Below, piece after piece: positions 59,401 through 64,000 of a stretch of DNA of 64,000 nt; position 1 is the stretch's first letter; every line of letters starts with the position of its first letter. A model generated the notes under the pieces. It ran no database searches. It was not told the origin of the DNA and saw only the letters and a list, made by a program, of their open reading frames with translations. Source of the DNA: Spirochaetia bacterium (GTDB taxonomy: Bacteria; Spirochaetota; Spirochaetia; UBA9216); assembly GCA_963675665.1 (NCBI GenBank), contig OY776510.1, positions 3,104,001 through 3,168,000 of the forward strand. The letters are read 5' to 3'. The translations under genes and the position numbers were made by a program.

Positions 59401-60750
59401 TTACAAACTTTTTAACATTGCTTGCAGTTTTTCTTTGCCTATCAGGTTGACAGGCCTGCTTTCAGTGAATTCGCGGGCCTTTCTGGAAAAACCTGAACTT
59501 GTTACAATCAAGCCCCGGCTTACCGAAGCTTTTTTCATTGCTTCGTGAATTGATCTGGCGGTGGATTCCTGTATTAGTTCGGGAACGCGGAGATACCAGA
59601 TCATCAAAGGTATTTTTTTGGCTCCTCGCCATTTTGACTCGGATTCGACGGCGATTATCTGGCAGCCGTTTTGTACGTCACCAATGTCCCTGATGCTCAT
59701 ATTCATTTCCGCTGTAAGTTTCTTGCATATTTCGAAGAATTCATCCCGCCCGGCAGTCAGGTAATCTTTCATTCTGTCGTCAGTTCGAAGGTCCTGGTAC
59801 TGGCTGAGTTTTTCTCCGACATCCTTGAAAGTAGGCTTCTTTGCATAAATAAGTTCCCACTGTTCAATCGCCTTGTCAATATCGCGTCTTTGTTCAAAGC
59901 AATGGGCAAGAAAGTACCTGGCAAAGAGGATTTCCTGGCCCGTGTTGTCGGAGTTTGCAATGGCCCTTTCCAGTTCTGTTACGGCACGTTCGTAATTCTT
60001 TGTGCTTATATAGCATATGCCCCGTTCAAGCAATGATTTTACCTTGAGATCGGGATCTCTCTGTGATTTTTCAAATGAATTCAAAGCGCCTGCGTAGTCT
60101 TTTTTGTCTTTTAGTATTTTGCCTATATAGAAATTGGCCTTATGATTTTCCTGGTTGTAACGAAGGGCCAAATCAAGCTCGGCTTTTGCCTCTCCCTGCC
60201 TTTTGTTGCGGTAATATATGCTTCCAAGTTTGAAATGCGCATCAGTATGCTGGGGATTAAGCTCAATGGCTTTTTTGAAGTGATTGACGGCACTGTCGGT
60301 TTTATTCCGGTATTCAAAAAGACTTCCGGCAAGAAAATACCATTCCGGTTCTTCGGGTTCGAGTCTGATTAAAAGCAGGTACTCTTTAAGAGCTTCTTCA
60401 GGCTGATTAAAATCGTTATAGAGTTTTGCTATGGTTTTTCTGAATTCAATCTCTTTAAGAAGCCCGGAAAAGTCGCCGTACTCGTTTATTTTTTTCATTT
60501 CCATAAGCGCAAGTTCGGATTTACCGTCGGCCAGATATGATTTGCCGAGCAGATAATGAACCTCGAAATTTCTCGGTTCGCCTGCAAGTATCTGTTTTGC
60601 CTGTTTAATGGCGGCGGAATATTTACCCTGCTTGTAGAGATCCTGAATTCCTGCTACCTTTCTAGGGGCAAGAGTAGATCTGAGAATAAAAATTAATGCA
60701 ACGGTTAATGCAATGCCGATTATTATTATAACAAGTACTATTGGTGCCAT
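59401..60750 (-). CDS. Membrane-anchored TPR protein with C-terminal Mrr-like restriction-endonuclease-fold domain
   Basis: N-terminal TM and TPRs, then EF..IC..L...M...GLIVTSSGFSRKAREF...VNLI...L. Confidence 0.8.
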   Translation of the reverse strand: MAPIVLVIIIIGIALTVALIFILRSTLAPRKVAGIQDLYKQGKYSAAIKQAKQILAGEPRNFEVHYLLGKSYLADGKSELALMEMKKINEYGDFSGLLKEIEFRKTIAKLYNDFNQPEEALKEYLLLIRLEPEEPEWYFLAGSLFEYRNKTDSAVNHFKKAIELNPQHTDAHFKLGSIYYRNKRQGEAKAELDLALRYNQENHKANFYIGKILKDKKDYAGALNSFEKSQRDPDLKVKSLLERGICYISTKNYERAVTELERAIANSDNTGQEILFARYFLAHCFEQRRDIDKAIEQWELIYAKKPTFKDVGEKLSQYQDLRTDDRMKDYLTAGRDEFFEICKKLTAEMNMSIRDIGDVQNGCQIIAVESESKWRGAKKIPLMIWYLRVPELIQESTARSIHEAMKKASVSRGLIVTSSGFSRKAREFTESRPVNLIGKEKLQAMLKSL

Positions 60751-60823
60751 AAAAACTCCAGTTAAAGATTAATCTGTAATTTAAGGAGTGTCAAATGATA
60801 TGCCGTAAAAAATGGGGTTTGCA

Positions 60824-61525
60824 ATGAAAAAATATGCGATTGTTATCTCTGCTGTATTTTTGTTGATTGTTCAGGCAGGCGCGCAGTCGATTTTTAAGGA
60901 TGGAGAGACCCTTTTGAGTAATAATCAGCTTAGCGAATCAGCTTTGCTGTTCGAAGAGGTTATTGAACAGGAACCGAAAAACGAGAAGGCTTATCTTTAT
61001 CTCGGTTACATATATGAAATTAAAATGGATTACAACTCGGCAATATCCGTGTTGACAAAAGGTCTCGAAAATACTTCAGGCAGCAAGGATAAGTTTTATT
61101 TCAATATAGCCAACAACTATTTCAAGGCAGGTGATTACGACACCGCAGCTGCAATGTATTCAAAAGCGCTGCAGAACAGCCGGGGATTTGCAGAACCGTA
61201 TCTGAACAGGGCAAACTGCAGGGTAAAAACCGGCGAATATTCTCTTGCCGTGAGGGATTACAATCTTTTTTTAAACATGAAGCCGAATGATCCTCAGCGG
61301 CCGGAAATTGAGAAAATGATTTCAATGCTTGAACTTACCATGGCTGAAGAAGAGACTCTTCGACAACAGGAAGAACAGAGAAGGCTGGCACAGGAAGCCC
61401 GTCAGAAAGCGCTTCTTGATTCGGTATTGAATTCACTCAGTAATGCCGGGGAAGATACTACAAATCTTTCGGCTGAATCGGAGAATATTGAGGATATTGA
61501 GATAGAATTAGGTATAGAAGATTAA
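60824..61525 (+). CDS. Secreted TPR protein
   Basis: Signal peptide, about 4 TPRs and a coiled-coil/acidic tail. Confidence 0.85.
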   Translation: MKKYAIVISAVFLLIVQAGAQSIFKDGETLLSNNQLSESALLFEEVIEQEPKNEKAYLYLGYIYEIKMDYNSAISVLTKGLENTSGSKDKFYFNIANNYFKAGDYDTAAAMYSKALQNSRGFAEPYLNRANCRVKTGEYSLAVRDYNLFLNMKPNDPQRPEIEKMISMLELTMAEEETLRQQEEQRRLAQEARQKALLDSVLNSLSNAGEDTTNLSAESENIEDIEIELGIED

Positions 61526-61538
61526 AAAGAGGATATTG

Positions 61539-63467
61539 ATGGATAGGCGTTATATAATAATCATCGCAGCTGTATTAGTCGTTGCTGCAGCTTTAATACT
61601 GTTTTTAACATTAAGACCGGGTGACGGCGGAGAAGACGTTCAGATTGAGGGTCAGCTGACGGAAGCACAGAAAATAAGGAATAATACTCTTATTCTTGCG
61701 GAAGACTATATGCAGAAAGGCGATTACCAGCGAGCACTTGACCTGCTTGACGGGCTGCTGATCAAGGACGCGTCGGATGAAGAAGTTCGGGCCCTTCGCG
61801 ACAGGGTCCTTCAGGCCCGTGAAACAGCTTCTTCCGAAGAAAAGCTGGAAGAGAAAAAACAGCAGGATGATCTTGTTGAGACGCTTGAGGAGCTTGGAGA
61901 AAGTTTCAGCCAGAATGCTCCGGTTATAAACCTTTCCGCGCAAAAGGAAGATTCGGAGGAAGAAAAACGCAGGCTTGAAGAACAACTTGCTCAGCTCGAA
62001 GAGCAGAAGAGGCTGGCCGAAGAACGCAGAAAAGAAGAAGAAGCAAGGCTCGCCGCTCTTTCCGAGGCGGAACGTCAGAAAGCTGAAAAAGTCCGTAAAT
62101 TGATTGACGAAGGCGTCAGAAAGATGGCGGATAAAAACTACTCTGACGCAAGAACCAATTTTGATGAAGCGATAAGCCTGAGCCCGAGGGAAGCCGAGGC
62201 ATTCGCCCAGAAAGGCGAATCATATTTTCAGGAAGATAAAACAAACCAGATTAATATACGGGAAGCTGTTGAATATGCGAATAAAGCGGTTGATTATGAT
62301 AAATCGCTATGGATTCCGCATAATACTCTCGGCAAGATCTATGTTGAAACAAAGAATTATTCCGAAGCGATAAAAGAATTCAAGGAAGCTACCAGGCTGA
62401 ATCCGGATAACGCGGATATTCTGTATGAACTTGGTAAAGTACAATATCGGGCCGGGCAGTTTAATGATTCGAGAATGTCTTTTGAAGGGGTAATCCATCT
62501 GGACCCTCAGCATTACAGAGCTTATTACAATTTGGGCGCTTCATTCATAAAGCTCGGAAAGGCCGGCTCGGCCCTGGATGCCTATAAAAAAGCCGTTGCG
62601 GTAAACCCGTCCTATGATTCGGCATATTTTGCCGCCGGTAATTTATTAAATCAGGCCGGCAAACTGGGCGATGCAGAAACTTATCTAAAAAAGGCGGCAA
62701 CGCTGCAACCCTCTAATGCCAGCTATCTTGATGTACTTTCCGTAGTTCTTTATAAACAGGGTAAATATACCGATGCCGAGAAATATCTGCTGAAGTCAAT
62801 TGAAATCGAACCCGACTCTGCTGAATCAAATTATAATATGGCTCTTACACTTTATAAACTGAACAGGTATTCGGAGGCTCTAGAGTATTCCGTTAAGTCC
62901 ATACAGCTTGACAATTCAAATGCTCCATACCTCTATACTCTCGGACAGATCAGTGAAGCGCTTGGAGACAAAACAAATGCGGCAGCAGTATATGAGAAAG
63001 CCGTATCAATAGACAGCAGATATATCCTGCCGAGAATTAATCTCGGAAAGATTTATGATGAAACCGGAGAATATGATAAAGCGCTTGAGCATCTTGCAAC
63101 AGCCTACAAAATGGAGCCTGAATCACTGGAAGTTAATAATAACCTGGGAAATGTTTATCTTCATACGGAGTTGTATGAAGACAGTATACGACATTACAAA
63201 AAGGCAATTGAAAAGAAACCGAACGCAACATTAATTCGCTATCACCTTGCAATTGCGTATATTGAAACCAGGCAGGAGAGCCTTGCCATAAAAACACTTG
63301 ATGAATTAATCAAGATTGACCCTAATTACTGGGACGCGTATTACAGGCTTGGAAATCTTATGTATAAATCCGGTGATGAGGAAGGGGCTTCAGCAGTTTT
63401 CAAGGCCCTTCTTGATAAAAAACCCGATTATAAAAATCGTGCCGAGATTGAAGCCCTGATAATGTAA
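61539..63467 (+). CDS. Membrane-anchored coiled-coil multi-TPR protein
   Basis: N-terminal TM, E/K/R-rich coiled coil and more than 10 TPRs. Confidence 0.88.
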   Translation: MDRRYIIIIAAVLVVAAALILFLTLRPGDGGEDVQIEGQLTEAQKIRNNTLILAEDYMQKGDYQRALDLLDGLLIKDASDEEVRALRDRVLQARETASSEEKLEEKKQQDDLVETLEELGESFSQNAPVINLSAQKEDSEEEKRRLEEQLAQLEEQKRLAEERRKEEEARLAALSEAERQKAEKVRKLIDEGVRKMADKNYSDARTNFDEAISLSPREAEAFAQKGESYFQEDKTNQINIREAVEYANKAVDYDKSLWIPHNTLGKIYVETKNYSEAIKEFKEATRLNPDNADILYELGKVQYRAGQFNDSRMSFEGVIHLDPQHYRAYYNLGASFIKLGKAGSALDAYKKAVAVNPSYDSAYFAAGNLLNQAGKLGDAETYLKKAATLQPSNASYLDVLSVVLYKQGKYTDAEKYLLKSIEIEPDSAESNYNMALTLYKLNRYSEALEYSVKSIQLDNSNAPYLYTLGQISEALGDKTNAAAVYEKAVSIDSRYILPRINLGKIYDETGEYDKALEHLATAYKMEPESLEVNNNLGNVYLHTELYEDSIRHYKKAIEKKPNATLIRYHLAIAYIETRQESLAIKTLDELIKIDPNYWDAYYRLGNLMYKSGDEEGASAVFKALLDKKPDYKNRAEIEALIM

Positions 63468-63479
63468 TCTGTGCCGGGC

Positions 63480-64000
63480 TCAGAATGTCCGGCCGAACAT
63501 CCTGAATAGCTGCTCGCGCGTGATTTGCTGTATAACCGGCCTTCCGTGCGGGCATCTTGGATTTTCAAGTTTAAGAACAGCACCGGCCAGTTCCAGCGCC
63601 GTTATACTGCTGATACTGTCTCCGTCCCTGATAGCGGACCGGCATGACATCATGGCGTAGAGTTCCTTTTTAAGTTCAGATATGTTTTTTATCCCTCTGC
63701 TGAAAAAGGCGGTTAACTCATCTTCCATACCGCTGCAGATGGACGGCATGGAATTGAGCATCCATTCCCCGTCATCGGCCTGCTGAAGATCAAAACCCAT
63801 TTGTTTAAATTGTTCAATCGAATTCAGCAGAAAATGCTCCCTGGCTGATTCTACACAGAAAATGACGGGGACAAGGAGTTCCTGAACTTGTGGTTTTTCT
63901 TCGCTCAGCCTGTCGAAAATAATGCGCTCATGAGCGGCATGCTGATCTATCAGCAGGAGAGTATCACCGTGTTCGAAAAGTAAAAAAAGATTGAAAAGCT
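63480..64000 (-). CDS. mutL: DNA mismatch repair endonuclease MutL, C-terminal part
   Basis: DQHAAHER, SCRSAI and CPHGRP motifs. The frame is open to the window edge. Confidence 0.95.
   Translation of the reverse strand, partial: LFNLFLLFEHGDTLLLIDQHAAHERIIFDRLSEEKPQVQELLVPVIFCVESAREHFLLNSIEQFKQMGFDLQQADDGEWMLNSMPSICSGMEDELTAFFSRGIKNISELKKELYAMMSCRSAIRDGDSISSITALELAGAVLKLENPRCPHGRPVIQQITREQLFRMFGRTF

Overview
AT-rich bacterial chromosome segment, most likely a free-living Spirochaetales (inferred from the conserved spirochaete-type acidic protein, RecJ with an insertion, an FAGGQQE-type solute-binding protein and the gene order). It is mostly housekeeping: cas2-like/prfB/cheY-like/ftsY/lolCDE, mcsA-mcsB-clpC, rnz, ilvD, lon, recO-recJ, rpsU, serC, phnDCE, TPR proteins and partial mutL. 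An accessory stretch carries a YtrA-type ABC operon, a putrescine aminotransferase module and surface lipoproteins. I saw no rRNA, tRNA, CRISPR array or transposase. The most interesting signals are: (1) a translationally coupled operon encoding an acidic repeat protein, a gene split by an A12 tract, and two Maf/DUF115 genes; (2) an orphan Cas2-like gene heading the prfB operon; (3) a probable ATC start codon for rpsU; (4) an McsB with substituted catalytic motifs; (5) six back-to-back hairpins between phnD and phnC; (6) widespread leaderless promoter geometry. All family calls come from motif recognition by eye, with no database search.
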